From assembly GCF_009914755.1 (NCBI RefSeq), contig NC_060936.1: a stretch of DNA of 64,000 nucleotides. One strand, given 5' to 3'. A program made the translations under genes and the position numbers. This document shows, in pieces, positions 33,995 through 56,859 of this stretch. Source of the stretch: the human T2T-CHM13v2.0 reference genome, Homo sapiens. Positions within the stretch are counted from its first letter, which is position 1, and each line of letters opens with the position of its first letter. Below the pieces are notes generated by a model, which had not been told where the DNA came from, ran no database searches, and worked only from the letters and a program-made list of their open reading frames with translations.

Positions 33995-34280
33995 TGGCCA
34001 CGTGTGGTGGCTCATGTCTGTAATCCCAGAGCTTTGGGAGGCTGAGGAGGGCAGATCACTTGAGGTCAGAAGTTCAAGACCAGTCTGGCCAACATGGCAA
34101 AACCCCGTCTGTATTTAAAAAACAAAAAATACAAAAAATTAGCTGGGTATGATGGCGAGTGCCTGTAATCCCAGCTACTCAGGAGGTTGAGATGGGAGGG
34201 TCACTTGAACACGGGAGGTGGAGGTTGCAGTGAGCCGAGATCATACCACTGCACTCCAGCCTGGGCGATGGAGCAAGACT
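33995..34280 (+). mobile_element. AluS
   Basis: Sense dimer lacking a clear poly-A tail. Confidence 0.88.
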
Positions 34281-34547
34281 TTATTTTATTAGCTCAAACT
34301 CTGCAACATGGTCAACTGTAACTGCCAAGAGGCCAGGAAGGTGAATCTTTCATTTTTTAGACTCATGGTAGGCGGCAGGAAGGGAGAGGGATGCTGGGAC
34401 TGGGTGTTGCATCAGCTAAGCAGTGGTTTAGGCATAGCATCCAAAACATTCTCATTACAGCTAGGCCTGTTCTGGGCATTGCCTTCACCTATGACTCTAA
34501 CTTCCCAGATCTCACCGGTCTCTTATGTCTCCAATCCCTGCTCCTAA

Positions 34548-34854
34548 CTTTTTTTTTTTTTTTTTTTTTTTGAGTCAGAATCTCACTGTGTCACCCAGGC
34601 TGGAGTGCAATGGTGTGATCTCAGCTCACTGCAACCTCCGCCTCCTAGGTTCAAGCGATTCTCATGCCTCAGCCACCTGAGTAGCTGTGATTACAGGTGT
34701 GTGACACCACACCTGGATAATTTTTGTACTTTTAGTAGGGACAGGGTTTCACCATGTTGGCCAGGCTGGTCTCAAACTCCTGACCTCAGGAGATCCACCT
34801 GCCTCAGCATCCCAAAGTTCTGGAATTACAGGCATGAGCCATTGCCCCCGGCCC
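34548..34854 (-). mobile_element. AluS
   Basis: Antisense dimer; TSD cctaactttt. Confidence 0.9.
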
Positions 34855-35355
34855 CTAACTTTTCTTATTGTGTGGTCTGGCCTCTTGGTTTAGGAGATAC
34901 ATTTGGACTCCTTCATGCTAGACTTGGCTTCTTGTTCAACTCTTGCCTCTGTCTGGCAGATGCTTCCTACTTTGTAAAGTGCTAGAAAATTGGAAGGACT
35001 TGTTTATTTGCAAATGGAGTCAGTGCTGAGCTCCACAGTGCAGGGACTAGGAATTCCTTCTGTGAATTCCCAGTCTCCAGCAGAGAGGCCTTCACAATTT
35101 ATGTCCATTTAACCCAAATAAAGGGAGGGCAGTGGGGCATCTTTGTAAACCCTTGTTATTGCACAGGTCATAATAGATGCAGGGCTGGCAAATGACGGAC
35201 TGAGTCAGATTCTTCCAGGGGGCATTTCTTCGGTGGCCAGTGGTTAAATCTTGATTCCAGAAATGTTTACCAAGAAGAAACATTCTGTAGCATTAGAACT
35301 TGCACCCTTGAGAACGCTGCTTTGTAACTAGAATCATGGGATGCTTTTGAGTTGA

Positions 35356-35734
<379 letters not shown>

Positions 35735-36001
35735 TAGCCGCAAAGTCCGTGCTCTAGGGTGAGGTCTAAAGCTATGTGGAGAGAGTCTGTGGTCGGGTGT
35801 GCTGTGAACCTGAAGCTTAGAGCCAGATCTAGATTCATGATGATTGTTTCATGATTTACCAAAATGAGTCCATGGTCTAGACAGGATGGAAACAGAGAAA
35901 CCTATTCTCCCAGTGTTTGTCAAATAAAACTGGAAAAAAAGTAACATTGATCATACAGAAAAAAATATAAAAAGGTGATGAAGAAAAAGAATGAAGTTTT
36001 T

Positions 36002-36308
<307 letters not shown>

Positions 36309-36309
36309 A

Positions 36310-36857
36310 AAGTGGCTGCCAGGAGCTGGGGGTGGGGAAAATGGAGAGGTGTTGTTCAGTGGATATAAAGTTTCAGTCATGCAAGATGAGTAAGATCCAG
36401 AGCTCTTCTGTACAACATTGTGCTATAGTTAATACAGTATTGTGAACTTCAAAATATGATAGGAGGGTAGATCTCATGTTAAATGTTCTTATCACAGGAA
36501 AAGCAAACAAAAAACAATAACAAAAACAAAAGCACACAGGACACTTAGGAAGGTGTTGGATATGTCTATTACTTTGAATGTGATGGTGGTAGCACGGGTG
36601 TCCACACACATTTGAACTCATCAAACTTACACACGTTAAATATATCCAGTTTTGGATATATACAGGCGCAGTAGCTCACGCCTGTAATCCTAGCACTTTA
36701 GGAGGCCGAGACAGGAGGATCATTTAAGCACAGGAATTCAAGACTAGCCTGGGCAAAATAGTGAGAACTTATCTCTATTTTAAAAAATAATAATAATAAA
36801 ATAAATAAATATATCCCATTCTTTGTATATCTATTTCTCAATAAAGCTGTTAAAAAA
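36310..36857 (+). mobile_element. L1MB-type 3' end, interrupted by a FLAM (36660-36810)
   Basis: ggatataaagtttcagtcatgcaagatgagtaag...ggagggtagatctcatgttaaatgttc...ctcaataaagctgttaaaaaa. Confidence 0.75.
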
Positions 36858-36862
36858 TACTC

Positions 36863-37176
<314 letters not shown>

Positions 37177-37914
37177 CTATTTTATAGGGTTATTTTTATG
37201 ATTCATTGGGTGAGTATTTATAAAGTGTACAGAAGACTACCTGAAAATAAATGCTTGAATGAGCTGTTGTAGTCTTTCTCTTGCTACGTGAAAGCCAGAA
37301 ACAGGTATATTATCTCTGTAACCTCAGTGCCTGATATGCTCTGTCATTTGGAGGATGTTTGCTGAATGACTGTATGACCTTCAGTTGCTGGAGATGATGG
37401 TAGAAGGCTGACCTACCTCCCACATGCAGACAGTAGACACCTAAGCCTACAGCTAAGTCTGCCAGAAGTCCCACTTCCCAGCCTGTTTCCAGACTCATAT
37501 GTCCTCGGGGGAGAGGGGTAAAAACAAAGAAAGCTCCAGATCCGGTTTGGCTAATGTGTGGAAAATTCCACAGATGCACTGTCTGGTCCCAATCGCCCTT
37601 CTCACTGCCACCAACTGCAGCATGGCAGACACACCAGAGAAAAGAGAAGGTGAAAACGTTTCTGAATGCAGAAGCAAATTCAGCTGGTGCGTGGGGAGCA
37701 CAATGTTCCAAACACAATTAAAACCCAATCAGCGTCCGGAAAAGTGCATTCATGTCCCTCAATCAAATGACAGAGCACATGTGGCGTAGGCATCTCTCTG
37801 GGGGCTGCTTCTTCAAGAGTCGTCATTGATGGCAGAGATGGCCCCCACCCAGGCAGAATCCAGCATAAGCCTTAGTCTCAGAGGCTGGGATTCCAGGTAG
37901 AGGAAGAAGCCTAG

Positions 37915-38956
<1,042 letters not shown>

Positions 38957-38997
38957 TGAGAGTGGCTCATTGATTGAATCAACACATATTTCATGTG

Positions 38998-39305
<308 letters not shown>

Positions 39306-39347
39306 TCATTTGGAGGATGCTTCTATAAGCCCACTGCAGTGCTAGGT

Positions 39348-39547
39348 CAGTAGTTCTCAACTAGGGGTGATGTCCCCAGGTGACATTGTGCAATATCTAG
39401 AGACAATTTTGGTTGACACAACTTGGGGTGCATCTAGTTTGTAGAGGTCAAAGATACTGTTAAATATATTGCAATGCACAGGCCGGCTCCTATAACAAAG
39501 AATTACCCAGTTGGAAATATCAAGAGTGCTGAGGTGGAGAAACCCTG
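39348..39547 (+). mobile_element. MER20 DNA transposon
   Basis: cagtagttctcaactaggggtgat...agacaattttggttgacacaac...aaagaattacccag...gtgctgaggtggagaaaccctg. Confidence 0.78.
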
Positions 39548-39774
39548 AGTTTAGGCCCAAGTGTTATACGACAAGGCCCAAGCGTTATACGACAAGACAG
39601 AACAAGACAGACGTGGTCATTGCGCTGGCTGGGTTTCCTTGAACTTGGCCGGCTTAACTATTTCTTTAAATAGCTGGATGTGGAGAGAGGCCCCTTTAAG
39701 GACAGTGTTGGTGTTTCTTTTCTCCTCTAGCGTGTGTCTCTGGGGCCTGCTGTGTGGCCGGGTGTTGGCTGGTG

Positions 39775-39855
39775 AGTATGTATGTGCGTGCGTGTGTGTG
39801 TGCGTGCGTGTGTGTGTGTGCGCGTGCGTGTGTGCGTGCGTGTGTATGTGTGTGT
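39775..39855. repeat. (TG)n/(CGTG)n microsatellite
   Basis: Direct reading. Confidence 0.95.
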
Positions 39856-40274
39856 TCAGAGCTGTGGGGGGTGTCTGTTTGGACTTGTGCGGTTGTCTGT
39901 TTATGTCTGTGTACATCGGTGTGGCTCTGTAAGAACTGTTCTGTCATTTCCTTCCCCTGCTTGCCAGAGAGGCAGATGTGGCTTGCAACGTCCTTCTAAG
40001 GTCAAATTCATCACCAGACGAGATTAAGAAACCATTAGGGAAAGACCCTCCTTTGCTCCCTTCCATCTTCCCATCCAATCCCAATACCCTTCCACCCTCC
40101 CTGCCCCCACCTCGGGGATAAAACTAGAGGTCAGTAAACTTGCCTCTGAGCTGAAGCTTTGAACTTGAAGTTCAGGCTAACTCCACTGTGCCTGCCTAGG
40201 CATCCAGGAAGTATTAAAAATGGTGTTTCAGAGGAATCAAAGCACAGCCAGGACAATGATGGATCCAAACTGGA

Positions 40275-40490
40275 ATTTTTTATCTCTGCATTATTAAAAT
40301 TTGGGGCTGGGTAATTTGTGTGTGGCGGGGGGCGGCGGGGAGGGAGGCTGTCCTGGGCCTTGTAAGATGTTGTGCAGCATTTTTGGTCTGCATCCACTAG
40401 ATGCACCCCCAGTTGTGACAACCAAAAATGTCTCCAGACGTTGTCTAACATCCCCTGACGCACACAATGAATCCCAGTTGAAAAGTCATC
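40275..40490 (-). mobile_element. MER20 DNA transposon, opposite orientation
   Basis: atttggggctgggtaattt...ccagttgtgacaaccaaaaatgtctccagac. Confidence 0.75.
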
Positions 40491-40589
40491 GATCTACAAA
40501 TACATAGAGCAATGTGGTGAATCTCACGTGCTTAATTTTTTTTTTTCAGTATTGATGAGATACTTTTGGTAATAACGAGATACTACTGA

Positions 40590-41170
<581 letters not shown>

Positions 41171-41187
41171 AGCAGATGTGTGCTGAA

Positions 41188-41504
<317 letters not shown>

Positions 41505-42011
41505 AATATATGTGCTGAGAGGAGCACATATATTAAAGAAATACATTTGGAAAATCAGCACAGACTGTCTTAAAAAAAAAAAATCCTAACAGTACAGGTT
41601 TATCTTCCCAAACTCTGTAGTGGACAGTTTATGAGAAGTTTTATTCAAATGATTCTTACAGAATCCCCCCAGCTGTTTCTAAAGCTGCAGGGACAATAAG
41701 ACCATGAAGCAATGATCTGATTGAAGAGAACACGTTGTCAGCCGCCATACAAACACACACTCACTCACACACACACACACCCTCAAACAGAGATGTCACG
41801 GGGCCTGTGTAGAATCGAATTTCCTGCCTTTGTGTTCCCCAAGCAGCCCTTCAGAGGAGAGAAAACTGCAAACTGACACATGAAATGGACCAATATGCCA
41901 GGTTGAGACTTCTACAAACAAATGGCCCTTTTCATCTTCTGGAGGGGAAAAAATAATCTACGTGGGCGACAATCAGAGCTTGCCTCTTTTCAGCCATTTA
42001 AAAGGAAAATG

Positions 42012-42477
<466 letters not shown>

Positions 42478-43624
42478 GGAAAGCGTGGCTTCGCGGCTCT
42501 GTCCTGAATCCTATCACGCATGCTGGTCCCATCTCAGTCCAGAGGACCCCAGAATATTACACTTGTAGCATCTTGGGTCATAATGGACACCAATGCAGCC
42601 ACATGGATACCAAAAGCACAGACTATAGGCATTCCATATTTTCTTTAGTGTCCTCTTTCAGGGAAACCTGAGGAAGGTTCTGGAAGCAGGAGGATCCCAA
42701 AATGTGCCTGAGAGACCCCTGTCTTCATCCCAGAGGCCTCCTTAGACATCAGCATTTGGGGAAAAAACTGTGGACATTTGCTGCAGCCTCCCCAGCTGGT
42801 CAGCATTATTAAAGTGGGGCACATCTGTTCTTGGCTGTTAGCACGGAGAAGAGGAGGGGGTCGAGTGAGAGGAGAAATCCCCAAACGCTTGGACTGATCC
42901 CACCTAGTACTAAGAGCAAATTGCCTCTAAGTTGGCATCACGGAGAAGTGCTTCATGAAGGGGCAGAGATTCCTCATCAAAATACCCCTTCTTACCCACT
43001 TCCCTCCTGCCGCCCTTCCCCCTCCTCTCTCTGTCTAAAACTCCCCAGGTTCTAGCCAGTCTTGAGATTTATGACCTGTTTTATTTTGTGAACCCCCTAA
43101 GATCGTATTTGGGTGATGAGGAGCTGAGAGGTCTGCAGATAGCCTGTTGGTTGGAAAAGGGAGTATAAAGTATAATGAATGCAGTATATTTCCCAGTTGC
43201 TCTTTCATGCACATACATAAAGTTATAAATGCCCCCGAGCGTGTGGCAAGCACATAGCGGCCTTTGAAACACACACAGCAATATGCTCAGAGACAGCACC
43301 CCCCCCCCCCCCAGACCCATGCACAGCGAGGCATCACACGCTTGCAAACACATGCAAAAGACCCACAGGCGTACAGGAGCATATTCATGCACAAGCAGAC
43401 CCATACCAACATACAAAACTAGAAACAGATGCAAACCAACATCCAACATCAGACCCAGATGGGGCTATGCACCCCAATATGCACCCCCCTACTGCTGCGG
43501 CCCCTCCAAAAAGTTGAAATGCACAGTGCTGGAAGGATCCTTTTAGCTCCCTCTTCAATTTCCCTTGCAATATGAATGTCTTCCAAATTGCAGCCCTGGG
43601 ACCTACAAACTGCACTCCATTCTG

Positions 43625-44231
<607 letters not shown>

Positions 44232-44559
44232 TCTACTTTCTTAATAAGACCTCCAGGCGCATGACAAAGCAGAAACCTTCAGAAACAAAATCTACCGAGT
44301 TCGAAGAACGGGCCTGGCCCAAGGCACTTTGGACGCTGTCCGTTCTGTCTTCACAGCGGCTTGCAGTAAACTTCTTGGAGGAGAATTGGCATTGCAAGGG
44401 TGTTACTGGAGACCTCGGCAAGAAAGTGAATGCAAAGACAGATGACCCAGGAACCCGTGATGGATAAGGCTCTTGACAGCCAGGACGTGGAATTACAGGG
44501 GGTCTCTTTGAGAGACAAAATAAAAAAAATAGCCCAGTAATCTTCCTTCCACCCTTTTC

Positions 44560-45900
44560 TCCCAGATCTAATTACAGATGTCTTGACATTCCTTCTGCAT
44601 AGAATTTCCTTAAAAGATTTGCCAAGAAGAAACATTTGGAAACTGTGTTTTAGGTATAATCCGTCTGGGAGTCACTCTTGCTCGCTTTGTCGTTAGATGA
44701 CAAAACGCTTAATTACAGCGAGCACAATGTATACCACATTTGGAAAACTGGATTCTTGACCTAAATAATGTACCCCATACTGACAATGGCCTTTTGGCAA
44801 AACTTGTGTCTCTGATCTCACATTAATTACTACACAAATATACTTATTGTGGGCACCGAGTTTATGGGATGGAGTCCTCTTGACACATGTTCACCATAAA
44901 AACACATTTTTTTCCCTTCCCCTGACCCTAAGGAAAAGAAAAAAAAAAAGATTAACATTTTTCAAGATGCTGTTTTAGTGACATGAAAACTGTCTGTTGA
45001 GTGTTCACTCGGCTTTTGTTCTTTTTCTTTTCTCCTTTTATTAAAAAGCCTTTCAAACCAAGCATTCCTGGTTTGTGATTCTTTACTTTTGCTTTTATGC
45101 TGAGGGAGAGACAGATTAGATTAGATTAAAGACCAAGGGACACCTCGTGAAATACATTCCATCTAGAGGCAATTTGGTTGAGAGGGCCAATTGTGTGTGT
45201 GTGTGCCTGTGTGCGTGCAGGCGTGCGTGTTTCTCCTTGTGGCATACTGGTGGTCTTTTTACAGATACAGAGTTCTGGTTTTTGGAAATGCGTTTATTCC
45301 TTTAGCCTTTTTCCCTTCAGAAGCCTGCAGCCTTTGATTGTGGCCTGACTTTTAGGGGTCTGCGGCATTTTGGGGGGTAGTAAATCTTATTAACTCTTCC
45401 CTTTAGTGTCTCGCCATTCTCAAAAACTTTTACAAAAAGCAGCAACACCGCCCTCACCAAAGACAGATGAAAGGAGCGGTTTCAAAGCCCCTCTCCCCCC
45501 TGCCCCAGCAGGCCCCCAGATTGGTCTGATGATGTCACAGGGGTAACCACGGCAACAGGCCGTGACATCATGACAAAAGGAGGACTGACCTTGGCCTGGA
45601 ATTCAAAGCAAAAGCAGCTCATAAACTTCTAAGGCAAGCAGGAGATAAATATCCTTAGTCATAAAAGAACAAACGAAGTTTGGGGTGAGGGGACGGGGGA
45701 AAAAAAAGCAGAACTTTTTTTTTTTTTTGAAATACAGTAAAATGTGTTGCCAAGTTTTTCAGGAAGTGCTAGTGGCCATTTTGATGATGTGAACTAGATT
45801 TTAAAACAGAAAGAGGAAAAATGAATGTGGTGGACAAGGGCTGCTGACAATATTAGATAGAATCAGGTGAAACTTTTCCCTAAACTATAATTTGTAAAAT
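44560..45900. promoter_or_regulatory. Candidate developmental enhancer (repeat-free, motif-dense)
   Basis: RFX X-box 45543-45556, flanking CRE-like sites, ATTGG, three TCF/LEF cores, several TAATTA, tandem AGATTA. Confidence 0.55.
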
Positions 45901-46143
45901 GGGGGAGAGGGGATGAGCCAGACCAAAGCAAAACAACAGACAAATTCATTTCTGAGTGAGAGAAGGAATTACATGCCAGGAGAAAGGGAGTAATCCAGGA
46001 ACTGTATTTATCAAAAAGAGAATGTGCTCAAGGCAACATAGTACTCCGGATGGGATCCTGGGCCAGAAAAATGGATGAAATCTGAAGAAGATCTAGAGTT
46101 TAGTTCAGAGTAATGAACCAATGTTGGTTTCTTAGTTTAAAGG

Positions 46144-46710
46144 ATTTTTTTTTTTTGAGACAGGGTCTCACTCTGTTGCCCAGGCTGGAGTGCAGTGGCA
46201 TGATTTCGGCTCATTGTAGCCTCCGCCTCCTGGGTTCAAGCAATTCTCTTGCCTCAGCCTCCTGAGTAGCTGGGATCACAGGCATGAGCCACCACACCCA
46301 GCTAATTTTTGTATTTTTAGTAGAGACAGGGTTTTACCATATTGGCCAGGCTGGTCTTGAACTCCTGACCTCAGGTACCCTCCCGCCTTGGCCTCCCAAA
46401 GTGCTGGGATTATAGGAGTGAGACACCATACCTAGCCAATTTTAATTTTAAAATTGTATTTATTGATTTATTCATTTATTTTTAGATTCAGGGTCTCTCC
46501 ACCTCCCGGGCTCAAGTGACCTTCCCATCCCAGCCTCTTGAGTAGCTGGAACTACAGGGTCACCCACCACTTTTGACTAATTTTTTATTTTTTGTATGAT
46601 GGGGTCTTGCTATGTTGCCAAGGCTGGTCTCAACCTCCTAACCTCAGATGATCCTCTCACCTCAGCCTCTCAAAGTTTGGGGATTACAGGCATGAGCCTC
46701 CATGCCTGGC
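46144..46710 (-). mobile_element. AluS (46144-46437) and internally deleted AluJ (46470-46710)
   Basis: Antisense Alu sequence. Confidence 0.85.
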
Positions 46711-47084
46711 TTGCCTCCAGGAAACTTAAGGAAGTCCCCTGCGTCATTCTAGAAGGTGTTCTTGTCCTTAGAGTCTTCTATGAGTCTACTGGCCCAGTTT
46801 CACAAGAAAGCTTCTTTCTCTAGATGTCCTGAGGGTAGGCTGACCACACAGCGTAAGAAGCTTGTCTCCAGATGCCAGGAGGGGCGGTGAAATTACACCA
46901 AACTGGGAGTGGAGAGGGCCTGTCTCTGCTTTCACATGAACTTGCACGTGATATTGGGAAAGACAGAGCTTCATTTTTTCTGGTCCACAAAACAGGGTCA
47001 TTGGGCAATAGATAACAATGGTAAACAGATTTCATGTCAGGTGCAAGCTGAGGCCCTGTCTATAATTTAAAAACAACAACAATT

Positions 47085-47237
47085 TGCCTGGCTAATTTAA
47101 AAAATTTTTAATTTTGTAGTGACGGGGTCTCACTCTGTTGCCCAGGCTGGTCTCAAACTCCTGGGCTCAAGTGATCATCCTGCCTCAGCCTCCCAAGTAG
47201 CTAGTTGGGATTATAAGCATGTACCACCCTGCCTGGC
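47085..47237 (-). mobile_element. Alu monomer fragment
   Basis: gacggggtctcactctgttgcccaggctggtctcaaactc. Confidence 0.78.
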
Positions 47238-47757
47238 TCCTTACTTGTAAGTTTGAGTCAACTGATGGAGACTGGCTGGGGCCCTGTGTTAAGCCTGGGA
47301 TCAATGAGAAGAAATGTGGTGGTCCATTAGTAATGTCTGCCATGGATGTGGGTTTGGAAAGTGGAAGCATGTGTTTGCCATTCCAAGCCCTTGTACACTT
47401 GGGCCTAGCCCCTCTGGGGCCTGCTAGTCTAGACAGATTCTTGTGTCTCCAGCAACACCCGTGTGGAACAGTAGACAGAACACAGTCCCTGGAGTCAGTG
47501 AGCAATGGCTTTCAGTCCTAGCTTTCTCCATGTACTTGTGATAAATGGCTCAGGGCATTTGGTAAATACGAGACACAATGTGTGAAGCTCTGTGCATACC
47601 CACTGCCATCTGGGGGAGAGAGACAACTTAACAGGCAACAAAACCACACTGTGCTGAGTGCTATGATAACAGAGTGTTCTTGGAGTACTGAGTAGGTGGA
47701 CCCGACTTACACCTGAGGGGCAGGCAAGGAAGACTTCCTGGTGGAAGTGGTATCTAA

Positions 47758-48085
<328 letters not shown>

Positions 48086-48574
48086 TGAATTAAGTATTAA
48101 CCTGGAGAAGGGAGCAGGGTGAGATGAGGATGGAGTCTGGCTGGGCTTAGATCATGTAGGGCCTGAAGAGCCTTCTTGTGAATTCCAGCTTAATTTTGAG
48201 GGTCATGGGGAGCCACTGAAGAACTTTATGAAAGAGAGTTTTATTAGCAAAAAGTCGTTCTGGCTTAAGAGATAGATTTGGGTAGGGGAAAAACTAAGGA
48301 AGCCCTTTTTAGAATCCAAGCAAGAAATGATGACACTTATACTATGCCATGGAGCACAGAAAGGCAGATCACTGAGAGATGTTCAGGGGATTGAATGGAT
48401 GTGGGGGCACCCATTACTTAGGTCTCTGAGCCTCAGTTTCCTCATTTGTTTGAAGTTATTGTGAGGTTTAAATGAGATGATGTGTGTAAAGTCTCAGCAT
48501 GGTTCCTGGTACACTGTAGGTGCTCAATAAATGCTAACCACATCCATTACGTCTTAAAAGTTCAGTAATTTCAT

Positions 48575-50016
<1,442 letters not shown>

Positions 50017-50232
50017 CTAATCTGTATACGTGTGAATGTGTATTTGGAAATACGGTCTTTGCAGACGTAATCAAGGCAGACCATTGGGAGATGTTCAGGG
50101 GATTGAATGGATTTGGGGGCACCCGTTACTTAGGTCTCTGAACCTCAGTTTTCTCATTTATTTGAAGACATTGTGAGGTTTAAATGAGATGATGTGTGAA
50201 CAAATCTCAGCATGGTTCGTGGTACACTGTAG

Positions 50233-50918
<686 letters not shown>

Positions 50919-51721
50919 CAGCATTCTTATAAGAAAAGAGAAATGGACGCAGAGGTACACAGAGAGAACACCATGTGAAGACAGAGGCAGAGATTGGAGT
51001 CGTTCTCATCTACAAAGCTGAAGAATTCCAAGGATTGCCACTAATCACCAGAACCCAAGAGGGGAGCAAGGAACAGATTCTCCCTCAGAGCCTCAAAAAA
51101 GAAACCAACCCAGTGAACACCTTGATTTCTGACTTCTGAACTCCAGAATCACAAGAGAACACATTTCTCTTGTTTTAAGTCACCCGATTTGCGAATTTGC
51201 TATACTTCCTTTTGGCAACCATGGGAAACAAACACAGTCGCTAAGAAGGTGTCTCGCTCTCAGATTTTATCAGCTATCCTCACTGCTCTGGACCTAGGCT
51301 CTAGGAGACAGTATGGAAAGGAGAGACGGCGGCTGGGTGAGAGGACAGAGGGCTTGGGAGCCTGGGGGTGGCATCACAGGATTTCTCCGCGTCACCTTGG
51401 TCGGTGACATGGTTTCCTGAGCATGTGCGTCAGCCCTTGGAGATGTCCAGCGTAAGTCAAAGCCTTTGTTCCCTACGATAACCTTGAGAGATGACTCAGT
51501 AGAGAAGAAGGCAGGCTGTGGGGTGGGGGAAATGGTCAGTGCAGCTACAAATGAGAGCCTGTTCCTGGCTCAAGGGGAGGACAAGGCAGAAAAACAACAA
51601 CAGTAATTACCATTCCCTGTTGTTTCCCTGGACCGACCTCCCCTCGTCCTCCACCCGGATGATCCTGAGGCCTAACTCTCCTCTCTGTCCTCACCCTGCA
51701 CCCATTCTTCCCCACCATCTG

Positions 51722-53018
<1,297 letters not shown>

Positions 53019-53029
53019 ACCCCAATATA

Positions 53030-54510
<1,481 letters not shown>

Positions 54511-54549
54511 CAACAGTTTGCTTTTGTAATTAAAAAAATGAAAACAGCT

Positions 54550-55040
54550 TTTAAAATCCTCCAGTGGCCTCACATGGCATTCAAATAAAATCCAAACGTT
54601 TTCTTTTTTTCTTTTTAAATTTTTCTAAAATTTTAATTATAAATCCAAACTTTGATCTGTGTCCTACAAAGCCTCTAGTTCACGCCCCTGCAGCCACACA
54701 GCACCTGGTTCTGATCTTTAAGTGGAGAAGGCACCTTTGCTCTTCCCTCTGCCTGGTGGTCTCTCCTGAGCCCTTCCTAGGATGGACTCCATGACCAAGT
54801 CTCTCCTCAGATGTCCTCTCCGTACAAAGAAGGTGTTCCTGTCCCTCACCATTTCCTTTACTGTGTCTTATTTACCTCTGAAAATCTCCTATGAATTTGC
54901 CTGCCATCTGCCTCCACTCTCCCAGCTCTTCCAATGAGGAAGGAGGCTCCAGGAGGGCGGGAACACCATTTCTCTGTTTAGCACTGTGCCCCATAACGCA
55001 GCTCCCAGCACATAGTAGGACCTTCATAAGTGTTGAATCC
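54550..55040 (+). mobile_element. L2 3' region
   Basis: ccagtggcctc...aaataaaatccaaac...cccagcacatagtaggaccttcataagtgttgaat. Confidence 0.65.
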
Positions 55041-55121
55041 ATAAGTGTCTTCCATAGGGACAAAGAAAATGCAGATAGTGATGGCAGAACTGGGACTCAA
55101 ACCTAGCTCTCTCTGGCTTTA

Positions 55122-56097
<976 letters not shown>

Positions 56098-56859
56098 CAG
56101 TTTTTATTTTTTAATTAAAAAGTAAGTTCAAAGGAGGTCAGGTTTTGCCAGTAAATTCATTATGGAAATAACTGCCACTTTCCAGAGTTCTGGGCTGTTG
56201 GAATTGTGAATATGGGCCTGAAGACCTGTGCTGAATTATTCCTTCACAAATGAAGACGCCCTCTGGGTAAAGAATTTGGGGTCCTTGTTTAAAGGACAAC
56301 GTTGATAATGATGATTTGGATGATTTAGAAAAAAGACATAGTTCTTGAAGATCACCATCAAGGTGGGGCTAAATGCCTGCAAGGCATGTCCTTGATTCCA
56401 ACCTTAGGGAACTAGACTCTCCTGCTAGTCAAATGAGGGAGAATTCCAGAGGGAACATGCCAAGTTAGGCTCCCAGAATGAGAGTAGCCTGAAGGAGAAG
56501 CCCAGACTGCATTACTGTGAGGACAAAAGGAGCTCAGCTGTGACTTTCAACACTTTGCTCTCCCTTTTTGAAGTCAGGGAGTGAAACAGTGAATTGTTGA
56601 GGCTCTCACCCATTTTCCGTATGAGGAGAGAAAGATCGTAGGAAGGATACAGGTCAGGGACAGGGCTGAGGACAAGGGGCTGTTTTCATGTTGGTGTGCA
56701 GTTGGCAGAGTTTGAGCTGGACCTCGGAGCTCATCTGGTCCAGTTCCCTGTTCCACAAATGGGGAAACTGAGGCCCTGAGGTGGAGGTGGAAGAACCACA
56801 GAAGCCTGGGCTAGTCCTCAGAGTTTGGAAGGGCAGGATTTTACTGGACTTTGGTGCAG

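Noticed and set aside
38970-38982. DUX-like TGATTGAATCA between inverted Alus
   Set aside because: Single motif, plausibly a decayed L2 tail remnant; no supporting context.
47240-47385. Possible MER102-like DNA transposon fragment
   Set aside because: Only a short recalled motif (tagtaatgtctgccatgg); not enough to call without a Dfam search.
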